DNA of 64,000 nt, from the NCBI GenBank assembly GCA_963775465.1, contig CAVZIW010000012.1, positions 86,568 through 150,567 on the forward strand, written 5' to 3'. The notes under the pieces are model-generated. The model did not search any database. It was not told where the DNA came from and worked only from the letters and a program-made list of their open reading frames with translations. Made by a program: the position numbers and the translations under genes. Each line of letters begins with the position of its first letter. Within the stretch, counting starts at the first letter, position 1. This document shows, in pieces, positions 20,167-32,014 of this stretch. Origin of the DNA: Candidatus Bathyarchaeota archaeon. GTDB taxonomy: Archaea > Thermoproteota > Bathyarchaeia > Bathyarchaeales > Bathycorpusculaceae.

Positions 20167-20631
20167 TTGAATGATTTCACAACACTATTAGCGAGTGCTA
20201 AAGAGCAATATAATAAGTTAATCATTATTAATGACGAACGAACAAAAGCGCATGATCCTGACTCTTATAAGAAATATTGTTTTGATAAGAAAATTCCTGT
20301 TTATGATTTATCTGTAGAGTTAGCCCAGCTCCTTTTAGAAATCCCTAAAAAAGATAGAGATCAGGAAGCAGCGGATAAGCTACGAGACTTTTTCCACAAA
20401 ATAGATTCTAATGTGATAGCGTTCGAAGACATCGATTATCTTTTCAGTGAAGAGGTTGGCAAGATAAATCCAATAAATACCTTTAATTATCTTACACGAA
20501 AAAAGAAAGTCATTATTTTATTTATAAAAGCAAAAAGAAAGAATAACCTACTTCTCTACTCATCAGAAGGCAGCCCAGACTACATGGAACTGGATATTTC
20601 CAATAATGAAGGATTCGTAATAGGTTGGTAA
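20167..20631 (+). CDS. brxF: BREX-3 BrxF-like protein
   Basis: A..QYNKLIII, LSVELAQLLLEIP...R, FEDIDYLF, INPI..F..L.R, L.Y..G.PDY; precedes a BrxC-like gene. Confidence 0.6.
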   Translation: MNDFTTLLASAKEQYNKLIIINDERTKAHDPDSYKKYCFDKKIPVYDLSVELAQLLLEIPKKDRDQEAADKLRDFFHKIDSNVIAFEDIDYLFSEEVGKINPINTFNYLTRKKKVIILFIKAKRKNNLLLYSSEGSPDYMELDISNNEGFVIGW

Positions 20632-20635
20632 AACG

Positions 20636-21190
20636 ATGAAAGTCAATCAACTGATAAATTTCCAAGAAATCCAAGATGTCATAGAGATTGGATCGATAAA
20701 AAACGAGAGAGAAATTGTTGAGCAATATGTAATATCTCCAACGTTAGAAGAAGAATTGCTTAACCTTCTTAGTGTTCTCTCGATTCCCAGAAACATAAAT
20801 CAGTCGATATTATTGGAAATTATGGTACAGGGAAATCACATCTTCTTGCTTTTCTTTCGTTGGTCTTGTCCAAAACAGAATTAATTGGATAACGTTAAAA
20901 ATCAGAATGTGAGAGAAAAGCTTCTTTCAATTAAAAGAGAGTTCTTTATAGTTAAGTATGAGCTTGATGCTATTAGCAAAACAGATCTCTGGCAAGGACT
21001 TTTTTTTATCGTGTAAGAAAGCAATTGAAAGAAAATTACGGTATTGACGAAAGGGAGATGGATCCTGAGAAAAGGCGATCAAAACATCAAGGAACTTGTC
21101 AAGGAAATAATTGACAATATTAAGCAAAAAGATCCTAAAAAAGGGCTTTTGGTGATATTTGACGAGTTTTCAGACTTCTTAAGGCAGCCA
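20636..21190 (+). pseudogene. brxC: truncated, frameshifted BREX-3 BrxC (DUF6079-like) ATPase
   Basis: MKVNQLINFQEIQDVI...YVIS; Walker A IIGNYGTGKSHLL in a shifted frame; Walker B GLLVIFDEFSDFL; sequence breaks off at ~21190. Confidence 0.65.
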
Positions 21191-21199
21191 AACCAGACA

Positions 21200-21842
21200 A
21201 ACTGGAGTTAACGATTCTGGAGTTGAAAGTGCGACGCAAAACCTGACGCGCCACCAGGCAAGCCAGTACAGCCGCCTCCAACCGAACCAATTGACCCCGA
21301 AATCAACGACCATTATGCACTTTTCTAGGCTTCTCTTTTGCTACTACAGCAGAATATTGGATAAACACCCACTAACCAATACGGATTTACTGAAGCTCAG
21401 GTAAAGAAGACGTTATTACAGTTTCAGCAGAAACCTGGGATAAGGGAAACCTCTGCACAAGTCTTCTCGTATGAAGCATCCACAGACAAGAATTCGGGTG
21501 AATCTTGGAGATGGATACAACATCATTGACTGGGGACGATACAGAAACGGTGTTATAGCCGTTACCATGATCTGGAGATACGCTGCTTCAGGTGACATAG
21601 CTGAAGTTGACATGAAACTCAACACAAGATACTCATGGAGTCTAAGCGGAGAATCAAGTAAAATGGATGTCCAGGAAGCATAGTTACTCACGAATTCGGG
21701 CACTGGGCAGGATTAAACTGACTTATACGCCTCAGAAGACGGAAGGCTCCTCACCATGTATGGCTACTCAGGATACGGCGTAACCTACCAAAGAACACTA
21801 GAACTCGGCGACAGTTTAGGCATCCAAGCAGTCTACGCATAA
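21200..21842 (+). pseudogene. matrixin (M10-like) metalloprotease, frameshifted and 5'-truncated
   Basis: AEVDMKLN, DVQ..VTHEFGHWAGL, Met-turn LTMYGY, LELGDSLGIQAVYA*. Confidence 0.7.
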
Positions 21843-21999
21843 TAAACTCTTCCCCTTTCTCTTTTTCTAATTAACATACCATTTTGGAACTGCCCATTTC
21901 TCGCTTCTAAAAACTAAAACGTGTGATCCACAAAACATTTCAGAGCCCCGAAAACACCTGAGCAAAAACCGGAAAAAAACAATAAACAACTAACATATT

Positions 22000-22100
22000 T
22001 GCCGCGCGCTATGAGCAGCATTATGGTTTGTCGAAACTCTGGAATTGTAGGCTTAGGTGTTGGGTTCTGGATAGAGTTTGGTGTTGCTGTCGGCGCACGC
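22000..22100 (-). pseudogene. orphan PEF-type C-terminal anchor fragment, paralogous to the tail of 38979-39956
   Basis: APTATPNSIQNPTPKPTIPEF versus SSIQNPTPTIPEF; shared DNA TAGGTGTTGGGTTCTGGATAGAG. Confidence 0.6.
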
Positions 22101-22216
22101 TAACTACTGATTTCTTAAGGTGTATTGTCATGACTTCCTCATCCTTCATTATGTATCGCCTATAAGTGATTATAGCGAATTATAATAGATGTGTAGCTGA
22201 ATAGGTTGACTGTTTT

Positions 22217-22233
22217 TAAGACAGGTTTAATTG
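22217..22233 (+). repeat. 17 bp direct repeat, copy 1
   Basis: TAAGACAGGTTTAATTG identical to 29055-29071. Confidence 0.7.
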
Positions 22234-22328
22234 CGCGCGCGGATTAAATTGTTGTTTGTTAATACTTAGTTAGAGTAAGTAAATGACATATACTAAGACA
22301 TCATAATTGAGTAGCAAAGGGGAGATCT

Positions 22329-23483
22329 TTGTCTCAAAATAGTAACGGGCATCCTTTCGGTGAATTACCAGAGGCGCTTGTAGAAAGAAATGCTTGGGCA
22401 ATGCAATAAATTAGGATCCAATTTGTCTAGTTCTTTTCAAAAACTCTATGACAACAAGACTCAAGTTCGGGCTAAACTGACTGAAAAAAAGATGCTTCAC
22501 AAAGACACCGATTTATCCTCTGCCCCTTCATATCCAACCACATGTGCAGTTGATGGTGCCTTTGCCATTGAACGGCTAATTTGCACGGATTTGGTTGCAT
22601 TTGCGGCGGTCGCAATGGAAGGACTAACTCCACCCTCAGAAAAAAGATATTGGCCTAATCCCCATCATATATCTGAAATTTTAACGGTACCTCACAGTGA
22701 TGACACAGGTTAAACATTTGCTAGATCAGTTATGATGTGCATGGAAATAGAAATTGCCTCTTCTGCTCCTCATAACGTAGTATATTCTTAATAGCTTCCT
22801 TAAGCTACCTCGCTTATCGCAATTGATCAAGGTCTCAATAAAATAGGTGATATGGATAAAAATTTGGAAAACCTTTTGCTGTCACGAATCAGCACTGCCA
22901 TGGAATCCTATTCAAAGATAGTAACCTGCGAAAGAACTGACAAAATATTTGCTGGTATTCCAAAATATACTACAAGAACCGAAATATCCAAGGACATCTT
23001 AAACCTTGATACATATGAGGATCGAGGGCTCCTCACATTTGTTCTTGAAGCCGGAGAATTCGTTGAGTACAGTTCCAATACAAAAAGATACGTAGAGGAT
23101 GGCACATCAACCAAACCCCCATCCAATCGATGAATCTTCAAGAGATAATAAACCAAATCTTTACTGGCCTAAATGAGCTTCAAATCGTATATTATCGACC
23201 TTGTAGCTATTTTCCAGTTTTAAGAATAGAGATCGCAAAGGCCATAATTAGTAATCCACATAGATTAGCTATTCTGCTTGAATCTCTAAGGCTTCAATGC
23301 AGCTCCGCAAGTATGCTTGAGCCTTTCCCACTTTATCTCGCCGACAGGATGGTTAAGCATCTGGGAACTGCTCTGCCAGCGATTAGACGAACTACTACCC
23401 AGCAGATGTCAGCTGAATGCGAAAACAAGATGGGTAACATCTACTTAGCAATGCATGGTTATCGGACAAATATAGGAATTTAG
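22329..23483 (+). CDS. nurA: NurA-family nuclease (split by several frameshifts)
   Basis: TTG start, PFGELPEALVE, CAVDGA, GIPKYT, EPFPLYLADRMVK; fragments 22390-22713, 22852-23133, 23130-23483. Confidence 0.75.
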
Positions 23484-23493
23484 AGGAGTAATA

Positions 23494-25249
23494 ATGACCG
23501 AAGACATTAAGAAAACATACGACAACACAGAACGAATCGGCGTAATAGACTATCCTTCATCCACAGGACAGCTTACCATAGACGTATTAGGAACAGCAAT
23601 CGGCAAGAGTCTTGTTGGAAGTTTAAGCGTATTCAATTTTAATCAAGATGGACTTGAACATTATGCATTGGGCCAAATCGTCGAAATCTTGATGCAAAAC
23701 GTGTGGGCCCAGGACCCAACAGTAAGAGGATTAATTCGACAAAAGGGAAGAATCGATCCAATCACCGAAAGACAGGACACACATATTGCAAAAATGACCG
23801 TTAGCTCAGTTTTTACAAAAAAGAACGGATCAATAGATCAAAGTATATTGGGAACTGTACCATCAACCGGCACACCCATAAAGGCACTTAGTCAAGATGT
23901 TCTAAACTCTCTGCTAGTAAGACTACCAAAAAGAGCTATTCTACCTTGGAACAGCTTACGGAAGCTCCGTTAAGATGCCTATGTGGTTTAAACACTTCGG
24001 GAGAGGTAGTCAAGGCGCTGGCGAAGCTTACCATATTGGGATATTTGGAAAAACAGGATCAGGCAAATCAGTGCTGGCAAAAATGATTATGACAGCCTAT
24101 TCAAGACATAGAAACAAATGGGGATTTTTGTTTTGGATCCACAAGGAGAGTTCTCCAAAGATTTCAGAGAAAACTCTTCCATTAAGTCAACACTTTGTGA
24201 CAAAATGTCTCGCAAAGTCCAAGTTTACGATTTACATAATCTTGTACTAACTGGCGATGACCTATTCAAAAAGATTCTAATAAACTCTGGTTTCTTGAGC
24301 AACTTGGGAATCTATCTCGAAACAAACAAAATGCAAGCCGCAAATGAAATTATGGCGATACTAAAAGCCAGAGGGACTTATTCACTTCTTGGTCCCCAAA
24401 TTCCACCATACCAAGCATATACTCGAGCAGCATTCGATTAGAGTTTGGTCTTCACTTCAAACCGACAATGCCTTAAGAAAAATATATTCCATGGCTGACC
24501 TCAGAGAACGCGTTCGAGTGTCATTGGAAAGCGCCGACGTAGAAGAATACTACCAGCTATGGTCAGGTATCGCCAATTTATTCAGGTTCGATGGAAACTC
24601 AAAAGCAAAAATCAAAGATTTGGTAGCCAAAATTCATGAAACAGACAATACAGCACAAGAAATAATTATAATTGACCTATCAGAAAAGAACGTCCCAACA
24701 GATATCTTTTGGAATGATACTATGAAGCTCGTTTTGATAGGCGAGTTTCTCGAAAAAATCACCCAAAAAGCTGAAGAAGTCTACAAAAAGGACCTGCTCT
24801 TAAACTCTCTTGTAATAATAGATGAAGCTCACAGACTAGCGCCAAAAGAAAAATCAGAAAACGAATATCTAGAAAAAGTGAAAAGCATATTAGTAGACGC
24901 TGTCAGGACAACAAGAAAATATGGCTTGGGCTGGATGTTTATCAGTCAAACACTCTCCAGTCTAAGTCGAGACATTCTAGATCAAATCAGGATCTACGTT
25001 TTTGGGTTTGGTCTAGGCTGGGGAATAGAAAGATTAGCACTAAAGGACATCATTGGAGGACAATTTGAAGCAATGAAACTATACCAATCATTTAGAGACC
25101 CGCAAAGCAGTCTAAACCACAAGGATTACCCGTTTATGACTGTCGGTCCAATTTCTCCCTTATCATTCTCTGGAACTCCACTATTCTTCAACGCCCTCAA
25201 GTACCCAGGCGACTTTCTAAAAGTCAACTTTGGAAAAGAAGAGAAGTAA
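23494..25249 (+). CDS. herA: HerA-family ATPase/translocase (split by frameshifts)
   Basis: HAS-barrel-like N-terminus; GKTGSGKS; DPQGEF; IIDEAHRLAP; TRKYGLG...SQ. Confidence 0.82.
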
Positions 25250-25492
25250 TACATGAGAACCTAAACAAGCATATCATTTGCTTTAAGATTTGACGGTCCA
25301 TAGAGGACAAAAGAGGCTATGTTTCTAGGTTTTTGCCTATTTCTTTTAGGCTCGGATCAATTGAGAGAGAAATAAATTCTTTGCATATTTTAGATTCTTG
25401 CCTTATTTTCCTAGAGCGCGAGTCGCGATATTGAGTTAGTAGCAAAAAATCTAAATTGCATCTAGCAAAATATAGATTTGCAGTGAATAACA

Positions 25493-27989
25493 TTGAAACC
25501 TTGGTACGAGGCACACAAATTTCCGATATCTCTCCCAGGTGAACCTTTGGATCCATTAAGTCCAAAGTTTGACGAAATATTTATCAGGCTACGACCAATT
25601 TACGACGAGTTAGATTCTTATCTTGAGAATATAAATCGACAATATGGGAAGTTTTGGATTTCAAGTCCATATGGAGGCACTGGCAAATCAACCATGCTCT
25701 CTTATGCTACGAAATATCTCTATCAGCATTTGCCCACTCTTAGAGCGCTTCCTATCCGTCTAAAAGTTGCAAAAGGTGAAGATGAAAAAACTGAAGGTCC
25801 CAGCGTTCAGCACAAATTTGTAAAAAGTCTTTTAACTGAATTTCTTAAAATCGGGTCTGACCTAAAAATAGCTGCTACTGTTTTCAATATAGAATATCCT
25901 GAAGATATTCTAAGAGAATTAAGCTGGTTAGAGAAACATGAGAAAGATTTGCAGAGATTGTGCGATAATCTCGTTGATATGAACGTTGAAAAACTTGAAG
26001 CAAAGTTTAGTCAAATCCTTGAAAAAGCTATATTACCATTAAGGCGAAGAAATGTCTTTTCAAAATATGTTCTCTTGATTGACGAGATGGATAAAATTAC
26101 CATAGAAGATCGCATTCTTTCATTTTTGAGCGGAAACCAAGGCTTTTTCGAACAACTTTACAACAAATACGGTTTTATTGCTTTTTTTGCGGGTCATCAA
26201 AGCTGGGTCAGAAGAATTCGAATAGGAGATGAATACAACTTCTATCTAGGAAAGACCTTTGATGTTCCCCTATTTGCAAGCATTGAAAATGTTCGTGCAT
26301 TAATTGAAGCAAACATGCTTCTACATTTTTCAATACAACCATCTGAGACTCCCTTCACGGAAGAAGGATATAGAAAATTGCAGGAGCTGACGAAGGGTAT
26401 ACCCAGAAGACTACTTTTTCTAGCTACTCAGGTCATGAATAACGGTGCTCAGAAAAAAAAGGTTGAACTCGGACCAGGATTCATTGAGGAAATTCTAGTA
26501 ACGGAAGAACATAGCGACCGAGCAATGCAATATCTGACCAAGAATCCTGAGACATATGCTAAACTCATGAGAGCCATTGAAAAAAAAGTGGATCAGACTC
26601 TATACCTTTTTTACAGCGCTCGAAATCAGATTCCAAAAGAATTTGATAATAATTTATCTTTAAGAACGAGAACTCTGGGAATTGAATGGTCTGATGATGA
26701 ATGGAAAGGTAACATCCAAACTTTGGTAGTAATTGGGGCAATCGAAGATAAAGGCTCACATAGAGAACTTTCAGAAGATTTGATCGTTCTTTTCGATGAG
26801 TTAAAAGAGCACCAGTCAGTTATCGACAAAGTTCTTGCAACAGTAATAAAGAGAATGGGAAAGCAAAAAATTGAATATGAAAAAATGCCAAAGCCGAATT
26901 TCATGAAAGTCGTTGAAGAGATTTTTGAGATCTCAAGAGAGAAGTGGTTCACCAAGGATGAGTTGTTGGATCGTTTTTCAGACCGGTCCAACGTGATGGC
27001 ATACGCGCAATTAAAACATCGAAAATCACCCGAGGCATATATTATCGGAGAATTCGAAAAGGCGTTTTCGACATGCATAGAAGAGAACACAAAGAATCAC
27101 AAATTGATGGAAATTTCAGAGAGCTCAGTAAATTATTTCAAGTTGATCCCCCCAGATTTGAAAGAAGCGGATAAAATACTATTCAATCTCAATTCGAGAG
27201 AACTAATAGATTCTTATGTGGACAAGATAGTAGGAATTAAAGAATGCAACGCAGAAAAAATAAAGGACATTGACAGCTTTCTAGAAAGAACAATGGTTCT
27301 TTTGAAACCTCATAAGATGGAAATTGAAAAGGGAATTTTAAGAACTAAGAAACGTCATGATTTATTTACAGAACTGAAATTTTCGAGTAAATTGAAAAAA
27401 CGAATCAACCATTACCTTAGCGAGACCAAGGAAACATGTCCTTCTTTAGGGATCGTCAAGGAAACCGTCAGCGATATTTGCCGCTCCATGTTTGAAATAT
27501 ATGTTTCTAATCAGAAGACGAGTCTTCCAGCAGAAATCATAATGGTCGTTGGTGAACCATTTCAAAATGTCCAGAAGTTGTACGATTTAATTGGGAGTTT
27601 AAAAGGAGACGTTAGAGTCATTGATAAAGACTTTGACAGTAGAGGCTTTATGTTCTTCGAAAAAATAAACCCGTCCAAGGCAACAAAATTGAGAATCCTG
27701 GGAGGCAAAACTAAAGCAGGATTAGCTTTTAGGGAAGAATACAAAGCTTTTAGAGATGAACTAGTAGAAAAGAGGCATCAGAGTGGAATTCAGGATACTG
27801 AGTGAAGAGGATTCTTCGGCACATCACGATAGATATGTTATAACTGATGAAACCGTCTATAGTACACCTCCTTGGAATATCATTCATAGGAAATATGGTG
27901 ATGTAAGAAGCCTTGACAATGTTTTTGAAAAAAAGAGAATATTTGAATTATATTGGAGTCGGGCAACCAATTTAGTCAGAAATAAGTAG
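25493..27989 (+). CDS. P-loop (AAA+/STAND-like) ATPase with C-terminal PLD-like HDR domain (frameshift ~27775)
   Basis: PYGGTGKST, LLIDEMD, TKGIPRRL; C-terminal VRVIDKDF...EFRIL...HHDRYVITD continues in ORF 27783-27989. Confidence 0.65.
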
Positions 27990-28209
27990 CATGGAACTTG
28001 AATCTTGGTTACATAATAAATTCCTTGCTTGAGTGAGACTGACTTAAACAAAGCAAAAATATCGATCTTTTATAATTTTCCATTTTTAAAGCCGGCCACG
28101 TTCAAAACAAAAAAATGGAGAATTCTGGTTCGATGCAACGGCTACTCAAGTCTTAAATTCAAATAATACGTATTTAAAAAACTACTACAATCTAAAGGAT
28201 ACATGAAAA

Positions 28210-29031
28210 ATGATTGTTGAAGAGCCACCGTTTTATGGTTCATGGAAAGGACGCGTTCTTGAAGCTATCGCGTTGGAGAACATACGTGATTGGAATGGGA
28301 TATTAGAATATACTCAGCTTTACCCTGAGAACTTAAACAAGGCACTTTCCGAGTTGTATAACTTGGATGTGATTACTCGCAAAGATGATGGTCTTTATTG
28401 GATTAAAGACATTGTGCTGTATCATCAATATCTAGAATATTTTGAAAGTCCTGATGATGAATATAAGTCTCCTCTAATTGAACATGAAGAGCCTAAAGAG
28501 ATCGCTTTGGAGAAAGCTCTTCCGAAAGATGAAAATATCGCTAATTTTGTTGTGAAATGGAGAGCTTTTAAGAACCTTTCTTTTTCTTTGGATGCACGTC
28601 ACTTTTTCTTAGAAGGCACATACCTTGATGATCTCTCTAAAGATCTTATTCGGCAAGCAAAAAAAGAGGTTTTACTCGTGAACCCTTTCCTAGAAGAATG
28701 CCATCTGAGTAATACTCTTGTTGATGCTGTAGCCAATAAAGCAGAGGTTACAGTTGTTACGAGATCTCCATCTGATAATAGACCTGACGTGTTAAAAGAG
28801 AAACAAGAATACCATGAAACCCTAAAAAAAGAAGGCATAACCATAAACTACGACCGCCGGATCCATGCCAAATTACTTGTTGTCGATCAACAAATCGCAG
28901 TGATATCCTCGATGAATTTCTACTCCTACTCATCAGGGGGATCTTCCTGGGAGGCAGGCATGATATCTATTGACGAACCAATCGTAAACTCAGTCCACAG
29001 CACCATCCATCAACTGCTAAAGAAGTTCTAA
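28210..29031 (+). CDS. wHTH plus phospholipase D-like (single HKD) nuclease-fold protein
   Basis: AKKEVLLVNPF, IHAKLLVVD, SSMNF, WEAG. Confidence 0.8.
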   Translation: MIVEEPPFYGSWKGRVLEAIALENIRDWNGILEYTQLYPENLNKALSELYNLDVITRKDDGLYWIKDIVLYHQYLEYFESPDDEYKSPLIEHEEPKEIALEKALPKDENIANFVVKWRAFKNLSFSLDARHFFLEGTYLDDLSKDLIRQAKKEVLLVNPFLEECHLSNTLVDAVANKAEVTVVTRSPSDNRPDVLKEKQEYHETLKKEGITINYDRRIHAKLLVVDQQIAVISSMNFYSYSSGGSSWEAGMISIDEPIVNSVHSTIHQLLKKF

Positions 29032-29042
29032 CGTCTACTTTT
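28969..29042 (+). repeat. PLD gene 3' tail, copy 1 of a three-copy ~65 bp repeat
   Basis: Core CCATCCATCAACTGCTAAAGAA at 29003-29024. Confidence 0.8.
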
Positions 29043-29054
29043 CCAAAATGAGGG

Positions 29055-29071
29055 TAAGACAGGTTTAATTG
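29055..29071 (+). repeat. 17 bp direct repeat, copy 2 (likely covers the xpb TATA box)
   Basis: TAAGACAGGTTTAATTG, ending just over 20 bp upstream of the ATG at 29093. Confidence 0.7.
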
Positions 29072-29092
29072 GTTTGGAATTGATTCATTGTT

Positions 29093-30442
29093 ATGCTTCG
29101 TTTGTGGTTTGACAAAGGCACTCTTCTTTTGAAGGGCGAAGCTGGAACTCCATATGGAAAATGGGACCCAAGGGTGGGCTGCTACAGAATTAAAGCATAC
29201 CATTACCGAGACGTTTTGGAATACTTGGCTGAAAGCAAACTCCAAGTTGAAGATTCTGTTCCGATGCTGCCTCCCCTGGAACAAATCAAAAGTAATGTTG
29301 CGCTACGGGATTATCAGAATGAAGCTTTGAACAATTGGTGCAAAGCCCGAAACAGGGGAGTTCTAGTTTTACCCACTGCAGCCGGAAAAACCTTCATCGC
29401 CCTAAAAGCAATTCAACAGCTGAAGGTTCAAACCCTCATTGTAGTTCCAACGTTGGATCTGATTGATCAGTGGAAAAAACGCGTCAAAGAATGCCTCAAC
29501 TTGGAAGCGGGTGCCGTAGGCGGAGGCGAAAAAACATTACGAATGGTTACGGTTGCAACTTACGATTCAGCCTACATACACGCAGAACAGCTAGGCAACA
29601 AGTTCACGCTAATTGTCTTTGATGAAGTTCACCATTTAGCTTCCACAGGCTACATACAGATAGCCGAAATGTACACGGCACCATACCGCATGGGCCTAAC
29701 AGCAACCTACGAAAGAGGCGATCAAAGACACAATTTGCTCTCACAACTAGTAGGCGACACCGTCTATTCAATCGACATCGAAGAACTTACAGGAGAACAT
29801 CTATCACCATACACCTACCAGAAAATAGCAGTTGAACTAACCCCCCAAGAGCAACAAATATACGAATCTCAAATGAACATCTTCAGAAGCTTTCTTCAGC
29901 AACGAAGAATTACATTAAGAAGCGCCGCCGACTTCCAAAAATTCATAATGACCACCGGCAGAGACCCAAAAGCACGCGAAGCCCTACTCGCAAGAAATCG
30001 AGCAGTGAAAGTTGCAGTAAACTCAAAAGCTAAACTAACCGCACTAGCCCAGCAGCTTGAAGCTTACCGAAAAGAGAAAATCCTAATTTTCACTCTCCAC
30101 AACGACCTAGTCTACAGAATTAGTCAGCGTTTCCTAATTCCAGCCATAACACATCAAACTCCAAGAGAAGAACGCCGAGAAATACTCTCAAACTTTGGAA
30201 ACGGCAAATACCCCGTCATCGTTACATCCCAAGTCCTAGACGAGGGCGTAGATGTGCCCGACGCTTCAGTAGGCTTAATTCTGGGTGGAACAGGCAGCAA
30301 CAGAGAATACGTCCAAAGACTCGGACGACTGCTCAGGAAAAAAGAAGACAAACTAGCTCGCCTAATCGAAATAATCTCCAAAGAAACCCTGGAAGTAGGT
30401 ACAAGCCGCAGACGCCACCAAAAAATACGAGGCGCACCCTAA
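29093..30442 (+). CDS. xpb: XPB/Rad25 SF2 helicase
   Basis: LRDYQ, LPTAAGKT, DEVHH, GLTATYER, LDEGVDVPD, QRLGRLLR. Confidence 0.92.
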   Translation: MLRLWFDKGTLLLKGEAGTPYGKWDPRVGCYRIKAYHYRDVLEYLAESKLQVEDSVPMLPPLEQIKSNVALRDYQNEALNNWCKARNRGVLVLPTAAGKTFIALKAIQQLKVQTLIVVPTLDLIDQWKKRVKECLNLEAGAVGGGEKTLRMVTVATYDSAYIHAEQLGNKFTLIVFDEVHHLASTGYIQIAEMYTAPYRMGLTATYERGDQRHNLLSQLVGDTVYSIDIEELTGEHLSPYTYQKIAVELTPQEQQIYESQMNIFRSFLQQRRITLRSAADFQKFIMTTGRDPKAREALLARNRAVKVAVNSKAKLTALAQQLEAYRKEKILIFTLHNDLVYRISQRFLIPAITHQTPREERREILSNFGNGKYPVIVTSQVLDEGVDVPDASVGLILGGTGSNREYVQRLGRLLRKKEDKLARLIEIISKETLEVGTSRRRHQKIRGAP

Positions 30443-32014
30443 ATGCTTCCAAACACATTGCTTTCAGTTTGGAAAAGGAAAGGCGAGATTTTTCCACGCT
30501 ACGCCAAACCCTCCAGCGGCAACATTGAGGCGGCTAATTTTCTCATAGAAGCATACAAGTCGCATATTGGAGAAAAGAAAAAAGTTCTAAAAGCTTTGGT
30601 CGCTGAGCTTGAAGACAAAGGTTACGAGTACCGCTTTGTTAGGGCTCTTTCTTTGTTGCTCGACCGAAAAAGCACCTTTGTCTGCAAATGCAAAATTAAC
30701 CCAGTTGACTTGAGAAGAAAAATATTTCAAGCCACACAACAGTTTGGCTTGCCTACCACTTCTGAGAACCGACAAAAAATCCTGAAAAGCGTAGCTTCAG
30801 AAATGGCTCTTTCAGTGGAGAATGTTGAGGAACATTTTTACTCAGACTTAGAGGGCGAGTTAGTTCTTGAAAATTTTGCGGCGCCTCCAGTCTCGGAGTT
30901 GTTGGGCGAGTACAATTTGGGCTTGACTCAGACGCTGCTTTTTGAAGCAACAGAGCTAAGTTTCACGGCGTCCGGCAACTGGCAAGACCTCTTCCACGCA
31001 ATAAAAAAGTTTGGTTTGATCTATGAAGTCTACAAAGATAATGGTTTGTGGGTGAAAATAGATGGCTCAGGTAGCTTGTTTAAGTTAACTCGAAGGTATG
31101 GAGTGAGCATAGCTAAGCTGCTGCCGATAATTGTAGCCAGCTCCGAATGGACTGTTAAGGCGAAAATTTTTTGGAGATTTACAAACGAAGTCTGCGACTT
31201 CAAACTTGAAAGCCAAAAGCATTCCTTACTGCTAAAGAAACAGCGCTTGCCAACTCTAACTTATGACAGCTCAATCGAAGAGGACTTCGCCTCCAAATTT
31301 CAAGCCTTAACCACCGGCTGGGCATTGAAAAGAGAACCTGAACCAATAACAGCCGATAAACACGTGATCATACCTGATTTCTCTCTTGAAAAAGCAGGCA
31401 TCAAAATCTACTTGGAAATTGTGGGTTTCTGGACAGAAGACTATTTGCGGCGAAAGATAGAGAAGCTAAAGCAGGTGAAACCAAAAATGCTGCTTTTGGT
31501 CAATGAAGCTTTGGCATGTGAAAAACTTTCTGCTTTGGAAAAACGACCACAGCTTGACTTGATTTATTACCGCAACAAAATTTCCTTGGCGCCGATTCTG
31601 CAATATCTACAAACGCAGTTTGAAGATGTCAAATCTAAGGAGATTAAGCTCCTGGAGGCTTTATCGATTAGATTTACCGAACCAGTGGTTGATTTTAGGG
31701 AATTCGCAGCTAGAATTGGCGTTTCTGCAGAAGCAGCAAGAGCCTTCTTAGCTGCTAGCCCGCCTTCCGGCTATGTTGCCCTGGCGGATATTTTGATGAG
31801 CAAAGAAAAACTTTTGCAAATCGGAGATAAGATAAAAGTAGCCATTGGTCAATCGGGAAAACTACCCCTTAAGGAGGCGGCAAGAATCATCGAAGAGGAA
31901 GGCGTAGACGACTCAGCCAATGTGCTGGCTATGCTTAGCTACAGAATTATATGGCGCGGAATCAACAGCGAACAAGCTGAAGTCTCTAAGAACCCCACGA
32001 ATTCTACCGAATAA
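30443..32014 (+). CDS. bax1: Bax1 (DUF790) endonuclease
   Basis: YNLGLTQTLLF, YDSSIEEDF, REPEP, IPDF, LEIVGFWT; directly follows xpb. Confidence 0.9.
   Translation: MLPNTLLSVWKRKGEIFPRYAKPSSGNIEAANFLIEAYKSHIGEKKKVLKALVAELEDKGYEYRFVRALSLLLDRKSTFVCKCKINPVDLRRKIFQATQQFGLPTTSENRQKILKSVASEMALSVENVEEHFYSDLEGELVLENFAAPPVSELLGEYNLGLTQTLLFEATELSFTASGNWQDLFHAIKKFGLIYEVYKDNGLWVKIDGSGSLFKLTRRYGVSIAKLLPIIVASSEWTVKAKIFWRFTNEVCDFKLESQKHSLLLKKQRLPTLTYDSSIEEDFASKFQALTTGWALKREPEPITADKHVIIPDFSLEKAGIKIYLEIVGFWTEDYLRRKIEKLKQVKPKMLLLVNEALACEKLSALEKRPQLDLIYYRNKISLAPILQYLQTQFEDVKSKEIKLLEALSIRFTEPVVDFREFAARIGVSAEAARAFLAASPPSGYVALADILMSKEKLLQIGDKIKVAIGQSGKLPLKEAARIIEEEGVDDSANVLAMLSYRIIWRGINSEQAEVSKNPTNSTE

Noticed and set aside
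20636-24450. Fragmented brxC, matrixin, nurA and herA ORFs as separate small genes
   Set aside because: The fragments join collinearly into known domain orders after single-base corrections
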